Below, piece after piece: positions 16,470 through 26,997 of a DNA stretch of 47,697 nt. The notes below the pieces were generated by a model. That model saw nothing but the letters and a program-made list of their open reading frames with translations, ran no database searches and was not told where the DNA came from. Source of the DNA: Vulcanimicrobiota bacterium (lineage in GTDB: Bacteria > Vulcanimicrobiota > Vulcanimicrobiia > Vulcanimicrobiales > Vulcanimicrobiaceae); the NCBI GenBank assembly GCA_003135555.1, contig PLCF01000011.1:16634-64330 (forward strand), written 5' to 3'. Every line of letters starts with the position of its first letter. Positions within the stretch are counted from its first letter, which is position 1. The position numbers and the translations under genes are program-made.

Positions 16470-18339
16470 ACGCGCTCACCGTCCGGTGCGCTAGCGCCAT
16501 GATGGTGAGCATCGGGTTGACCCCGGATGCCGATGGAAACGCCGACGCATCCGCCACGAGTAGCCCCGCGACGCCGTAGACGCGGCCTTCCGGGTCGATG
16601 ACGCCGCCGGCCACGCTGGGTGCCATCCGCGCGGTCCCCATCTGGTGCGCCGAGAAGAGCGCCAGCGGCATGCGCGCGGCGGCACGGCGCTGCAGCTCGC
16701 GCTCGAAGTTGTCGAGCCCGGCCGGCGTAGCGCCGGCAGCCTCGAGCACCAGCGGCTGCGCGTGCAGCGTCGCGACCGACATCGCGCCGGCGGCGAACGC
16801 GATCCGTGCCGCGTCGGCGAGCCCGGTCGCGAGGTTGCGCGCGTCGCCGGCGGCGATGCGATAGCGCACGTTCTCGCGCGCGTCGAGTCCGACGGAACCT
16901 TCGCCGCGGTCGCGGGTCAACGCGATCAGCGACGCCCGAAAGCGCGCGCCGTTCATCTGCGACGCGTGATCCTCGCGTCCGGCCCACGGATAGGCCTGCG
17001 CCATGAGGCCCGGATGGGCCGGCGCAGCCTCGATCACCGCGCCGGAGCCACGATCGCAGAGCGCGCTTTGCATCACGCCGTGCCAGGTTTCGACGGGCTC
17101 GGCGAACTGCGCCGACACGGCGCTGGTGGGGTGCAGATGCAAGTGCGCGCCCAGATGCGCGGAGCGCACGCCGCTGCGCGCCAGGATCCCCGGCGTGCGC
17201 AGCGCGCCGGCGGCAACCACGACCAGCGGTGCGTCGATCGTCAGCGCGCGCCCGTTCTCATCGGTCGCTTCTACCCCGCGCACCGTTCCGGCGTCGATGC
17301 GAACGCAGTCGACGCGCGTCCGGGCCACAACGACGGCACCGGAATCGAGCGCGTCGCGCAGATACGTCGCTGCGGTCGAACGTTTGGTGCCGTACGCGCA
17401 ACCGAGACCGCAGTATCCGCAGGCGTCGCCGGTACACTCGGCATTGCGTGGGATCGCGCGAACGTCCCAGCCCAGCTTCGCGCAGCCGTCGACGATCACG
17501 CGGTTGTTGCGATTGTGCGACGTCGCGACGGTCACCCCGAGCCGCGTCTCGATCGCGTCGTACGCGCCGGCCAGCTCGGCGGCGAACTGCGGTCGCCCCA
17601 GCGTGTCGCCCCACTGCGCCGCGAGCGTGGCCGGCAAGCGCAGCGACGTCGACCAGTTCACCACGGTGCCGCCGCCCACGCATGCGCCCGCGAGGATCGA
17701 GACGCCCAGATCGTCGGTCGAGCACAGTCCGGCCTCGAGATAGAGCTCGGCAAACGCCTCGGCCTCGCGCTGCCGCGCGGCGACCGGCTCACCGGCCGGC
17801 CCGGCCTCCAAGACGACGACCCGCAGCCCCGCCTGCGCGAGCAGCGCTGCGGCGACCCCGCCGCCGGCACCCGAGCCGACCACGACGGCGTCCGCGCCGA
17901 ACCGTGCGCCGGCCGGCGGCGCGACCGGAAACGCAGCGCCAGGGGCCGGGACGTCGGTGCGTGGGCCGGGGTAGCCGATGCGGTCCCAGACCGCGCTGCG
18001 GCCGCGGTCGTCAGCGACGGCATACGCGCCGAACAGCGCGAGCCGCGCGAACGCGTCGAACGCCGGGCGCAGCGGCACGAGCGTGCCCAACCGCAACAAC
18101 GCACGCTCGCGCGCGGGCGCATCCAGGCGCGCGAACCCGCGCGGGGTGCCTGCGAGCATGAGGCCCATCAGCGGATTTCCGAGCAGCGTAAGCACCAGCG
18201 CGAGCTTGTTGCGGCGGTGCGGGGCAAGCCGCTGCATGGCTTCCGCGACGAGCCGCCGCGTCGCCGGCAGGTCGGCGTCGGCGGGTGCGAAGGTGTCGAC
18301 GACGGCATCGAGGACCGTCTCTTGCGAGCGGTTCAGCAC
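16411..18339 (-). CDS. GMC family oxidoreductase (long-chain alcohol oxidase-like)
   Basis: VVVGSGAGGG, VGGGTVVNW, CGYCGLGC, SAHQMGTARM, GVNPMLTIMA. Confidence 0.9.
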   Translation of the reverse strand: MLNRSQETVLDAVVDTFAPADADLPATRRLVAEAMQRLAPHRRNKLALVLTLLGNPLMGLMLAGTPRGFARLDAPARERALLRLGTLVPLRPAFDAFARLALFGAYAVADDRGRSAVWDRIGYPGPRTDVPAPGAAFPVAPPAGARFGADAVVVGSGAGGGVAAALLAQAGLRVVVLEAGPAGEPVAARQREAEAFAELYLEAGLCSTDDLGVSILAGACVGGGTVVNWSTSLRLPATLAAQWGDTLGRPQFAAELAGAYDAIETRLGVTVATSHNRNNRVIVDGCAKLGWDVRAIPRNAECTGDACGYCGLGCAYGTKRSTAATYLRDALDSGAVVVARTRVDCVRIDAGTVRGVEATDENGRALTIDAPLVVVAAGALRTPGILARSGVRSAHLGAHLHLHPTSAVSAQFAEPVETWHGVMQSALCDRGSGAVIEAAPAHPGLMAQAYPWAGREDHASQMNGARFRASLIALTRDRGEGSVGLDARENVRYRIAAGDARNLATGLADAARIAFAAGAMSVATLHAQPLVLEAAGATPAGLDNFERELQRRAAARMPLALFSAHQMGTARMAPSVAGGVIDPEGRVYGVAGLLVADASAFPSASGVNPMLTIMALAHRTVSAFIRRSAAPLSNASPAQSRS

Positions 18340-18420
18340 GCCGCGGAGCTTCTGCGGGCGAACGGCTGTTCCGCCGCGCGGCGCGGCCGCAAACTAGGCT
18401 ACTAGGCCAAATACCCGTTC

Positions 18421-20604
18421 GTGGCGAACATTGACCTAATGCTGGCGCAGAGCGAACTCCTCAACGACGTCCAGCGGGCGGCCGTAGAACATACTGATGG
18501 GCCGGTGCTGATCTTCGCGGGTGCCGGTTCCGGCAAGACCCGTGTACTCACCCATCGGATCGCATACCTCCTCGAAAAGAAGCACGTTTTCCCCGACCGG
18601 ATCTTGGCCGTCACCTTTACCAATAAGGCGGCGGGCGAGATGAAGGCGCGGCTCGAGCGCATGGTCGGGGCCCCGGCGCGCGATCTGTGGGTCGGGACGT
18701 TCCACAGCATGTGCGTGCGGATGCTGCGCCGCGACGGCCGCAAGATCGGCATCTCGCCGAACTTCGCGATCATGGACGATGCCGACCAGCGCGCGATCGT
18801 GCGCGACGTGATCGCCGACCTCGACTACGACGAGCGGCAGATCGTGCCGGGCGCGGCCCTGGCCGAGATCTCCAAGGCCAAGAACAACCTGTGGTCGCCC
18901 GAGCAGTACGAGGAGAAGAACCCGTCGTTCGCCGGCGAGCGCTACGCTAACGTCTACCGCGAGTACGACCGCCGTCTGGCCGAGTCCAACGGCCTCGACT
19001 TCGACGACTTGATCGGCAACGCGATCAAGTTGCTCGACAACGACGAGGACGCGCGCACCCGCTACCAGACCAAGTTCAAGTACGTGCTCGTCGACGAGTA
19101 CCAGGACGTGAACTACGCGCAGTACCGCCTGGTCGCGACGCTGGCAAAAGAGCACGGCAACATCACCGTGGTCGGCGACGACGACCAGTCGATCTACTCG
19201 TGGCGCGGCAGCGACTACCGCATGATCCTGCGCTTCGAGGAAGACTTCCCCGGCGCCAAGGTCTTCAAGCTCGAGGAGAACTACCGCTCGACCCAGACGA
19301 TCCTCGAGGCGGCCAACGAGCTCGTCGTGCACAACGCCGGTCGCCACCCCAAGAACCTGTTCACCAAGCGCGCCGAGGGCGAGAAGCTCACCGCGTTCCA
19401 GGCCGAGTCCGAGCGCGCCGAAGTGCGCTACGTGATGGAGAAGATCAAGGAGCACGTGCGCGAAGGCGCCGCGTACCGCGACTTCCTCGTGCTGTACCGC
19501 ACCAACGCGCAGTCGCGCTATTTCGAAGAAGGCTTCCTGGCCGAAGGCATTCCGTACCGGGTCGTCGGCGGGGTCGGCTTCTACGCGCGCACCGAGGTCA
19601 AGGACATGCTGTCCTACCTCCGCTACATCGTCAACCCGTCCGATGCCGTCGCGTTCCGCCGCATCGTCAACGTCCCGCGCCGTTCGATCGGCCAGCAGAC
19701 GTTGGCGTCGCTGCTCGAAGCGGCGAACCAGGCCGGCGTCTCGGTCGGTCAGGCCGTGTTCGACTCCAACCTGCTCAAGCGCGCGGTGCCCAAGAAGCAG
19801 CGCGAGCTCGAGCGCTTCGCGGAGCTCATCAACGACCTGCGCGAGAAGGCCAAGTCGTTCGGCGTCGCCGAGCTGCTCGTCGCCGTCATGGAAGAGTCGG
19901 GCTACCTGCGCGAGCTGCAGGCCGACGAGACCCCCGACGGCCGCGCCCGCGTCGAGAACCTCCAAGAGCTCGTCGGCGTCGCGCGGGAGTTCGAAGCCAA
20001 CCCCGAGAGCGGCACGACGATCGACGACTTCCTCTCCAACATCGCGCTGATCAGCGACATCGACACGCTCGACCCCGAATCGTCCTTCGTCACCCTCATG
20101 ACGATGCACGCGGCGAAAGGGCTCGAGTTCCCGATCGTGTTCCTCACCGGGCTGGAAGAAGGCGTCTTCCCGCACACCCGGGCGCTGACCGACATGACCG
20201 AGCTCGAGGAAGAGCGCCGGCTCGCGTACGTCGGCGTCACCCGCGCGATGGATCGCCTCTACCTCTCGTTCGCCGCGCGGCGAACGTTGTTCGGCAACAC
20301 CTTCTCGCACCCCAAGTCGCGCTTCATCGAAGAGATGCCGTCGATCGAGGTCATCGGACCGATCGGCGGCGCGGGCCCGCGTCCGGGCGGCGGCCGCTGG
20401 CGCGAGGTCTCGATCCACGAGAATGCCGGCGCGGGTGTTGGGATGGATCTCAACCCCGGCGACAAAGTGCGGCACCCCAAGTGGGGCGAGGGCACCGTGG
20501 TCAACACCGTCGGCGCGGGCGGCGACGGACTGCTCACGATCAACTTCCCCAACGTGGGCCAGAAGATGGTCATGCTCAAATACGCACCGCTGGAGAAAGT
20601 TTAG
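18421..20604 (+). CDS. pcrA: ATP-dependent DNA helicase PcrA/UvrD
   Basis: AGAGSGKTRVLT, VDEYQD, VGDDDQSIY, LYRTNAQSR, EEERRLAYVG and C-terminal Tudor-like V.HPKWGEG. Confidence 0.97.
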   Translation: MANIDLMLAQSELLNDVQRAAVEHTDGPVLIFAGAGSGKTRVLTHRIAYLLEKKHVFPDRILAVTFTNKAAGEMKARLERMVGAPARDLWVGTFHSMCVRMLRRDGRKIGISPNFAIMDDADQRAIVRDVIADLDYDERQIVPGAALAEISKAKNNLWSPEQYEEKNPSFAGERYANVYREYDRRLAESNGLDFDDLIGNAIKLLDNDEDARTRYQTKFKYVLVDEYQDVNYAQYRLVATLAKEHGNITVVGDDDQSIYSWRGSDYRMILRFEEDFPGAKVFKLEENYRSTQTILEAANELVVHNAGRHPKNLFTKRAEGEKLTAFQAESERAEVRYVMEKIKEHVREGAAYRDFLVLYRTNAQSRYFEEGFLAEGIPYRVVGGVGFYARTEVKDMLSYLRYIVNPSDAVAFRRIVNVPRRSIGQQTLASLLEAANQAGVSVGQAVFDSNLLKRAVPKKQRELERFAELINDLREKAKSFGVAELLVAVMEESGYLRELQADETPDGRARVENLQELVGVAREFEANPESGTTIDDFLSNIALISDIDTLDPESSFVTLMTMHAAKGLEFPIVFLTGLEEGVFPHTRALTDMTELEEERRLAYVGVTRAMDRLYLSFAARRTLFGNTFSHPKSRFIEEMPSIEVIGPIGGAGPRPGGGRWREVSIHENAGAGVGMDLNPGDKVRHPKWGEGTVVNTVGAGGDGLLTINFPNVGQKMVMLKYAPLEKV

Positions 20605-20608
20605 GGCC

Positions 20609-21331
20609 GTGACACCGCTGCGCGTCGGGGTCGCCGGCGCGCTCGGGAGGCTCGGGCGCGTGGCGTGTGCCGCAGTCGAAGCCGCCGACGACATGACGTT
20701 GTCGGCGGCGTTCGCGCGGCGTGGCGGCGAGCGCGTGCACGGTATCCAGACCGACGATGACTTGGCCGCATTCGTCGCGCGCGGGTTTGACGTCGTCGTC
20801 GACTGTACGGTGTATCCCGTCACCGTCGACGTGGCATGTGCCGCGCTCGACGGCGGCGTTCCGGTCGTGATCGGCGCGACCGGCTGGACCGATACGGAGT
20901 TGGCCGCGTTGTCCGACCGCTGCGACGCTACGGGCGTGCCGGCGATGTTCGTGCCGAACTTCTCGTTCGGGGCCGTGCTGATGATGCGTTTCGCGGCGCA
21001 GGCGGCGCGGGTCTTTCCGCACGCCGAGATCGTCGAGCTGCACCACGATGCCAAGCGCGACGCGCCCAGCGGGACCGCGAAGCTGACCGCGCGCCGCATC
21101 CACGACGCCGGAGCACCGCTGCCGCCGATTCACAGCGTCCGCCTTCCCGGGCTCGTCGCCCACCAAGAGACGATCTTCGGCGGAGTCGGCGAGACGTTGA
21201 CCCTGCGCCACGACTCCTTGGCGCGCGAGTCGTTCGCGCCGGGGATTCTCGCGGCCGTGCGGGCCGTGCGCTCGCAGCGCGGCCTCACGATCGGCCTGGA
21301 CGCCATCGTCGACACGATGGTCGCGCCATGA
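20609..21331 (+). CDS. dapB: 4-hydroxy-tetrahydrodipicolinate reductase
   Basis: GALGRLG, PNFSFG, ELHHDAKRDAPSGTA. Confidence 0.95.
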   Translation: MTPLRVGVAGALGRLGRVACAAVEAADDMTLSAAFARRGGERVHGIQTDDDLAAFVARGFDVVVDCTVYPVTVDVACAALDGGVPVVIGATGWTDTELAALSDRCDATGVPAMFVPNFSFGAVLMMRFAAQAARVFPHAEIVELHHDAKRDAPSGTAKLTARRIHDAGAPLPPIHSVRLPGLVAHQETIFGGVGETLTLRHDSLARESFAPGILAAVRAVRSQRGLTIGLDAIVDTMVAP

Positions 21332-22359
21332 GGGTCGCGATCGTCGGGGTCACCGGCGTGGTCGGGGGGACGATCCTGCGCGTGCTCGAGGAACGCAACG
21401 TTCCGGTGGACACGTTGTTGGCATATGCATCGCGCGATCGCGCCGAGGGCGTGCACTTTCGCGGAAAAACGGTGCCGATCGTCGCGGCGACGCGCGAGCG
21501 GCTCGTCGCCGACCGCCCCGACGTGGCGTTCTTCGCTTCGAGCGACGATGCCAGTGCCGACTTGGCCGGCGCCCTGGTGGACGCGGGGGCGGTCGTGATC
21601 GACAACTCGGCCACGTTTCGCATGGCCGACGACGTGCCGCTGGTCATCCCGGAAGTGAACCCGAACGCTATCCTGCCGCGACACCAGGTATTCCCGGTCG
21701 CCAATTGCACCGCGATCGTGCTCGCCATGGCGCTCGCGCCGATCGAGCGCGCGATCGGGCTGCGCGGCGTCCGCGTCGCGACGTACCAGGCGGTGAGCGG
21801 GGCCGGGCGTGCCGGGCTCGACACGCTCGCGCGCGAGGAGGGCGGGGGCGAGCCCGACGGGACCTTCGCGGCGCCGATCTTTCGCAACGTCGTACCGCAA
21901 GTCGGCGGCTGGGACGGCGACGGCGACACCGGTGAAGAGCGCAAAGTCGTCGCCGAGACGCGCAAGATGCTCGAGCGTCCCGACCTCGCTATCGCCGCGA
22001 CGACGGTGCGGGTCCCGGTGATGCGCGCGCACAGCGAAGCGGTGTTCTTCGAGACCGCTGCGCCGACGACGGTGCGGGCGCTGCACGACGCGCTGCGCGA
22101 TGCGCCCGGCGTGGTGCTGCACGAACGCGGGATCGTTACGCCGCGCGAGGTCGAGGACACCGACCTCGTCCACGTGGCGCGCGTTCGCCCCGAGCCCGAC
22201 GATGCGACCGGCACGAACTTCCAAATGTGGATCGTCGGCGATCAACTGCGCAAAGGCGCCGCCACCAACGCCGTCCAGATCCTCGAGCTCCTCCTCGCCC
22301 AAGGCCGCTTCACGGAAGGCACCATGTCGTCACGCGCACCCACGGGGAATCGTGCATGA
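21328..22359 (+). CDS. asd: Aspartate-semialdehyde dehydrogenase
   Basis: GVTGVVG, IDNSATFRM, ANCT, TYQAVSGAG, DQLRKGAATNAVQI. Confidence 0.95.
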   Translation: MRVAIVGVTGVVGGTILRVLEERNVPVDTLLAYASRDRAEGVHFRGKTVPIVAATRERLVADRPDVAFFASSDDASADLAGALVDAGAVVIDNSATFRMADDVPLVIPEVNPNAILPRHQVFPVANCTAIVLAMALAPIERAIGLRGVRVATYQAVSGAGRAGLDTLAREEGGGEPDGTFAAPIFRNVVPQVGGWDGDGDTGEERKVVAETRKMLERPDLAIAATTVRVPVMRAHSEAVFFETAAPTTVRALHDALRDAPGVVLHERGIVTPREVEDTDLVHVARVRPEPDDATGTNFQMWIVGDQLRKGAATNAVQILELLLAQGRFTEGTMSSRAPTGNRA

Positions 22360-22443
22360 TCGAAATCGTGAGTGCGCGCGCATCCGGGGGGCCCCACGCC
22401 AAAGGCGTGGGGGGCGCGCAGCCCGGGGCGGAGCGCCTTTAGA

Positions 22444-23658
22444 ATGAACACGGTCGTGATGAAGTTCGGCGGGTCGTCGTTGGCGACTGACGAGTTGCGC
22501 GAGATCGCGGCTTCGCGCGTGCTCGATGCGGTGCGCCGCGGGGACGCGCCGGTCGTGGTGTGCTCGGCGCTCGGCCGCGCGCCCGACCCGTACGCGACCG
22601 ATTCGCTCGCGGAGCTGCTCGGCCCGATCCGCAGCGGGCCCAACCGGGACTTGCTGCTGGCGTGCGGTGAGGCGATTGCGTGCGCCGTATTCGCCGAGCT
22701 GCTCACCTCCCTCGGCGCGCCCGCCCAGGCGATGACGGGGATACAGGCCGGGATCACGACCGACGACCGGCACGGCGAAGCTGAGATTCTCGACGTCGAT
22801 CCCGAACCGATCCGCGCGCTGTTCGCGCACGGCTTGATCCCGGTCGTGACCGGGTTCCAGGGCGCGACGCGCGAGCGCGCGACCACGACGTTCGGCCGCG
22901 GCGGCAGCGATCTCACAGCGGTAGCGCTAGCCGACGCGCTGGGCGCGGAGTTCGTCGAGATCTACACCGACGTCTCGGGGGTGATGACCGCCGACCCGCG
23001 ACGGGTCGCGGGCGCTCACCCGCTGGCGCGGGTCACCCAGGCCGAGATGGTGGAGCTGGCCGGAAACGGCGCCAAGGTGATGCAGCACAAAGCCGCCGAG
23101 CTCGCGCACGGAACCCGCACGTCGTACGTCGTCAAAGGGTTGCGCAGCGGCGTCGGGACGACGGTCGACGACGACGCGCCCGTCGACGCCGAACGGCCCG
23201 TGACCGGACTCACCGTCCTGCGCGACGTGACGTTCTGCCGCATCATCCAAGGGCTCACCGACGACCTCGAACGGTCGGACGTCGACCGCGACGTTTTGGC
23301 GCGCGTCGCCGAGCGTTCGATCTCGATCGACATGGTCAACGTCAACGACGCCGGCGTGTTCTTCATCGTCGACGACGAGCATGCCGAGGCGGTGCGACCG
23401 GCGCTCGCCGACCTCAACCTGGCCCTGCGGATGCGCCCCCACTGCGCCAAGATCTCGGTCGTCGGCGCAGGGATGCGCGGCACGTCCGGCGTCATGTATC
23501 GCGTCGTGAAGGCCGTCGCCGATGCCGGGGTCGAGATCATCCACTCGACCGACTCGAACATCACCATCTCGATCCTCGTCCCCGCGGACCAGGCGCACAA
23601 AGCGGAGCAGGCGTTGCACGACGCCTTCGGGCTGGGCCGCGGAGCGGTGGCGCGATGA
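22444..23658 (+). CDS. lysC: Aspartate kinase
   Basis: VMKFGGSS, GRGGSDLTA, TDVSGVMTADPR, C-terminal ACT domains; lies within the dap operon (dapG-type). Confidence 0.92.
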   Translation: MNTVVMKFGGSSLATDELREIAASRVLDAVRRGDAPVVVCSALGRAPDPYATDSLAELLGPIRSGPNRDLLLACGEAIACAVFAELLTSLGAPAQAMTGIQAGITTDDRHGEAEILDVDPEPIRALFAHGLIPVVTGFQGATRERATTTFGRGGSDLTAVALADALGAEFVEIYTDVSGVMTADPRRVAGAHPLARVTQAEMVELAGNGAKVMQHKAAELAHGTRTSYVVKGLRSGVGTTVDDDAPVDAERPVTGLTVLRDVTFCRIIQGLTDDLERSDVDRDVLARVAERSISIDMVNVNDAGVFFIVDDEHAEAVRPALADLNLALRMRPHCAKISVVGAGMRGTSGVMYRVVKAVADAGVEIIHSTDSNITISILVPADQAHKAEQALHDAFGLGRGAVAR

Positions 23659-24539
23659 AGTCGCTGGGTCGCCTGCTCACCGCGATGATCACGCCGTTCG
23701 GTTCCAACGGAGCGGTGAACCTGGCCGAAGCGGGACGCATCGCGCAGTTCCTCGTCGAGCGCGGCAACGACGGCGTCGTCGTCGCCGGATCGACCGGCGA
23801 GGGCAGCGCACTCGAGACCGTCGAGAAGCTCGCGCTCTTCGGGACCGTCAAGCAGGCTCTCGGATCGACCGGCACGGTGATCGCCGGGACCGGGGGACCC
23901 AACACCCGACAGTCGGTCGAGCTCACGCAGCAGGCCGAAGCCTGCGGTGTCGACGCCGTGCTCATTACGGTTCCCGCGTACGTCAAGCCCACCCAGGATG
24001 GGATGCTCACGCACTTCGGCACGATCGCCGAGGCCACGCCGCTCCCGGTGCTCGTGTACAACATCCCCGGGCGCACGGCGGCGAACATGCTGCCGGCGAC
24101 CTTCGCCGAGCTGACGCGCCGGCACGCGAATATCATCGGGATCAAAGAGTCGACCGGCGACGTCAACGCGTTCACCACCATCTTGCGCGACCGGACGCGC
24201 GATGACGTGACGTTCTGGTGCGGCGACGACAACATGTTTCTGCCGTCGCTCTCACTCGGCGGCTACGGCAACGTCTCGGTCGCGGGGCACCTCTGCGGAC
24301 GCGAGCTGCGCGCGATGGCCGAAGCCTTCGACGCCGGCGACGTCGCCACGGCGGGCCGCATCCATCGCGAGCTCTTTCCGCTCATGACCGGGTTGTTCAC
24401 GATCACGAGTCCCATTCCGGTGAAGTGGGCGATGGGAACGTACGGCTTCGACGTCGGCCCGTGCCGCTCGCCGCTGGGCGCGATGCCCGAGGCGCTCAAG
24501 GCGACGCTCGAGCCGTTGATCGCACCGTATCGTCCCTAG
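23655..24539 (+). CDS. dapA: 4-hydroxy-tetrahydrodipicolinate synthase
   Basis: AMITPF, GSTGE, YNIPGRT, GIKES. Confidence 0.95.
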   Translation: MKSLGRLLTAMITPFGSNGAVNLAEAGRIAQFLVERGNDGVVVAGSTGEGSALETVEKLALFGTVKQALGSTGTVIAGTGGPNTRQSVELTQQAEACGVDAVLITVPAYVKPTQDGMLTHFGTIAEATPLPVLVYNIPGRTAANMLPATFAELTRRHANIIGIKESTGDVNAFTTILRDRTRDDVTFWCGDDNMFLPSLSLGGYGNVSVAGHLCGRELRAMAEAFDAGDVATAGRIHRELFPLMTGLFTITSPIPVKWAMGTYGFDVGPCRSPLGAMPEALKATLEPLIAPYRP

Positions 24540-24553
24540 TGTGCTGAACACTC

Positions 24554-25318
24554 GTGCGCCAGGCTGACAGTCTCGTCGTGCTTGGCTGCCGCGTCGACGC
24601 GGTCGGGCCCGACGAAGCCGTCGCACGCATCGCGCAGCTGGCGAACGCAGGCGGCGCGGCGCTGGTCGTAACCCTCGGCGTGGAAATGGTGATGGCGGCG
24701 CGAACCGACGCGACGTTTCGGCGCATCGTCAACGACGCCGCGCTCGTCACCTGCGATACCATCGGGTTGTTGATCGCGTCGCGTCTGCGCGGCGGACCAC
24801 TGCGCGAGCGTGTGCCGGGGGTCGAGCTGGTTCCGGCGCTCGCGGCGCGCTCGGCGTCCACCGGCGACGTGCGCCTGTATCTCCTCGGCGGCGGCGGCGA
24901 TACCGCGCAGCGCGCTGCCGAGGCGCTGCGGCGCGATTTCCCCGGCGCGACGATCGCCGGTGCGCGCGACGGGTATTTTGCGCCGGAGGAGAGCGCCGCC
25001 GTCGCCGCGGCGATCCGCGCCAGCGGCGCGAACGTGCTGCTCGCCGGGCTGGGCTCGCCCAAGCAAGAGCTCTGGCTGTCGCAGTATCTCGCGGCGACCG
25101 GCTGCGGCGTGGGGATCGGGGTCGGCGGATCGCTCGACGTGTACGCGGGCAACGTCGTGCGCGCGCCGGCGCTCGTGCGGCGCACGGGTTTGGAATGGGC
25201 GTACCGCCTTGCGACGGATCCGAGCCGCTGGCGGCGCCAGCTGGCGCTGCCGCGTTTCGCGCTGGCCGCGCTGGGCGAAACGCTGACGCGCGGCCGCGCC
25301 GGAAAGCGTCCGAACTAG
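24554..25318 (+). CDS. WecB/TagA/CpsF family glycosyltransferase
   Basis: ERVPGVEL, GLGSPKQE, GVGGSLDV, RAP...GLEW.YRL. Confidence 0.92.
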   Translation: MRQADSLVVLGCRVDAVGPDEAVARIAQLANAGGAALVVTLGVEMVMAARTDATFRRIVNDAALVTCDTIGLLIASRLRGGPLRERVPGVELVPALAARSASTGDVRLYLLGGGGDTAQRAAEALRRDFPGATIAGARDGYFAPEESAAVAAAIRASGANVLLAGLGSPKQELWLSQYLAATGCGVGIGVGGSLDVYAGNVVRAPALVRRTGLEWAYRLATDPSRWRRQLALPRFALAALGETLTRGRAGKRPN

Positions 25319-26344
25319 ATGCGCGCGATGATCCTCGCCGGCGGGATGAGCACGCGGCTCTATCCGCTCACCAAAGAGGTGCCCAAGCCGATCGTCCCGG
25401 TCGTAGGTGAACCCATCAGCGGACACGTGATGCGCTGGCTGTCGTCGTTCGGGTACGACGAGATCGCGATCAACGTTTTTTACCTCGCCGACAAAGTTGA
25501 CCGGACCTTCGGCGACGGTAGCCGCTACGGCGTCAAGCTGCACTACTTGCGCGAACGCGAGCTCACCGGCAGTGCCGGCGCCCTCAAACAGATGGAAGGC
25601 TGGTTCGACGGTACGTTCGTCGTGGTCGGCTGCGACGACCTGACCAATGCCGACCTTGCGGCGTTGGTGCAGTTCCACAAACGTAGCGGCGCAGTAGCGA
25701 CGATCGGTCTGCTCGAGGTCGACGAGGTCGATCAGTACGGCGTCGTGATTCTCGACGAGCGCGGCCGCATCACCGGTTTTCAAGAGAAGCCCGCCAAAGG
25801 CACCGAGCAGTCGAAGCTGGCGAACACCGGGATCTACGTCTTCGAGCCGGCGATCTTCGAACGTATCCCCGCCGGCACGTTCTACGATTTCGGCAAACAG
25901 GTCTTCCCCGAACTGCTGCGGGACGGGTTGCCGTTCTACGGGATGACCCTCGGCGGCGCGTATTGGCGCGACGTCGGCACGCCCGATGAGTATCGGCGCG
26001 CCACCGCGGACATGCTATCGGGCGCAGTGTCGATCAAGGGAGCGCGCGCGGTCGGCGTCCCCGACAGCGTCCGCGTGCCGAGCGACGCGCGCATCGAAGG
26101 CGATGTCCGCGTGGGCGAGGGTGTCGAGATCGGCAACGGCGTGCGCATCCTCGGCCCAAGTGTCGTCGGTGACGGCGTGCGCATCGGTGACGGCGCGGTG
26201 CTCGAACGCGCGATCGTCTGGAACGACGCGACGATCGGCGCCGGCGCAACCGTGCGCGACTCGATCGTCGGCGAGCGCTACGCGGTCGCAGCCGCCGCGA
26301 AACTCGACGGCGCAATCGTCGCCAACGAACCGAATCCCGTGTAG
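25319..26344 (+). CDS. NDP-sugar synthase (second nucleotidyltransferase paralog)
   Basis: MRAMILAGG.STRL.PLT..PKP, FQEKP, NTGIYVF, YWRDVGT, hexapeptide repeats. Confidence 0.9.
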   Translation: MRAMILAGGMSTRLYPLTKEVPKPIVPVVGEPISGHVMRWLSSFGYDEIAINVFYLADKVDRTFGDGSRYGVKLHYLRERELTGSAGALKQMEGWFDGTFVVVGCDDLTNADLAALVQFHKRSGAVATIGLLEVDEVDQYGVVILDERGRITGFQEKPAKGTEQSKLANTGIYVFEPAIFERIPAGTFYDFGKQVFPELLRDGLPFYGMTLGGAYWRDVGTPDEYRRATADMLSGAVSIKGARAVGVPDSVRVPSDARIEGDVRVGEGVEIGNGVRILGPSVVGDGVRIGDGAVLERAIVWNDATIGAGATVRDSIVGERYAVAAAAKLDGAIVANEPNPV

Positions 26345-26371
26345 CCCTAGCCCTGCGCACGCCGAGCGTGA

Positions 26372-26992
26372 ATGACGCGTGTGCTCGACCTTGTGCGCGC
26401 GTGGCTTTTTCCGCCGGCTTGCGTCGCCTGCGACGCACCCGGGCCGGCGCTGTGTGCCGACTGCGCACCGTCCGCGCGCGACGCGATTGCGTTCGACGTC
26501 GACGGGATTCCGGCGTTCGCGCTCGGCGCGTACGACGGGGCGCTTCGTCGCGCGATCGTCGCTTTGAAGCGCGGTGAACGCGATCCGATCCCCGCGCTCG
26601 CCGATTTGTTGGCACGCTGCGCGCCGGTCGAGGGGACGCTGATACCGGTCGCGACGACGCGCGCGCGTGCGGCGCAGCGCGGGTTCGACCAAAGCGTGCA
26701 GGTCGCGCGGCGGCTCGCCGCGTGTCGCGGGGTAGGGTGCGCGGAGGTGCTGGTGAAGCGCGGCGGCCCCCAAGCCGGGCTGGGCCGGCGCGCGCGGCTA
26801 GCGGCAGCCGGCCGCTTCGGGCTGCGTCCCGGCTCGCTCCCGGGAACCGCAACGCTGCTCGACGACGTCTGCACGACCTCCGCGACCCTGCGCGACGCGG
26901 TGAGCGTGTTGCGGGCGGCCGCCGTGGACGTGCGCCGGATCGTGGTGATCGCGCGCGCCGACGGAACCCCGGGGCGGCAGATGCGGTCCTAG
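26372..26992 (+). CDS. comF: ComF family phosphoribosyltransferase-like protein
   Basis: FPP.CVAC...LC.DC zinc finger, RGFDQS, LLDDVCTT.ATL. Confidence 0.85.
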   Translation: MTRVLDLVRAWLFPPACVACDAPGPALCADCAPSARDAIAFDVDGIPAFALGAYDGALRRAIVALKRGERDPIPALADLLARCAPVEGTLIPVATTRARAAQRGFDQSVQVARRLAACRGVGCAEVLVKRGGPQAGLGRRARLAAAGRFGLRPGSLPGTATLLDDVCTTSATLRDAVSVLRAAAVDVRRIVVIARADGTPGRQMRS

Positions 26993-26997
26993 CAACC

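Noticed and set aside
18410..18435. SOS box upstream of pcrA (gttcgtggcgaac)
   Set aside because: Half-sites are in the wrong order and spacing relative to GAAC-N4-GTTC.
18436..21099. 887-aa minus-strand ORF and many other long overlapping ORFs (e.g. 16645-18405, 29515-30894, 33654-35003)
   Set aside because: Antisense or alternate-frame shadows of well-supported genes, expected in high-GC DNA; no recognisable motifs.
22360..22443. Lysine riboswitch before aspartate kinase
   Set aside because: Too short (84 bp versus ~170 nt) and lacks recognisable conserved motifs.
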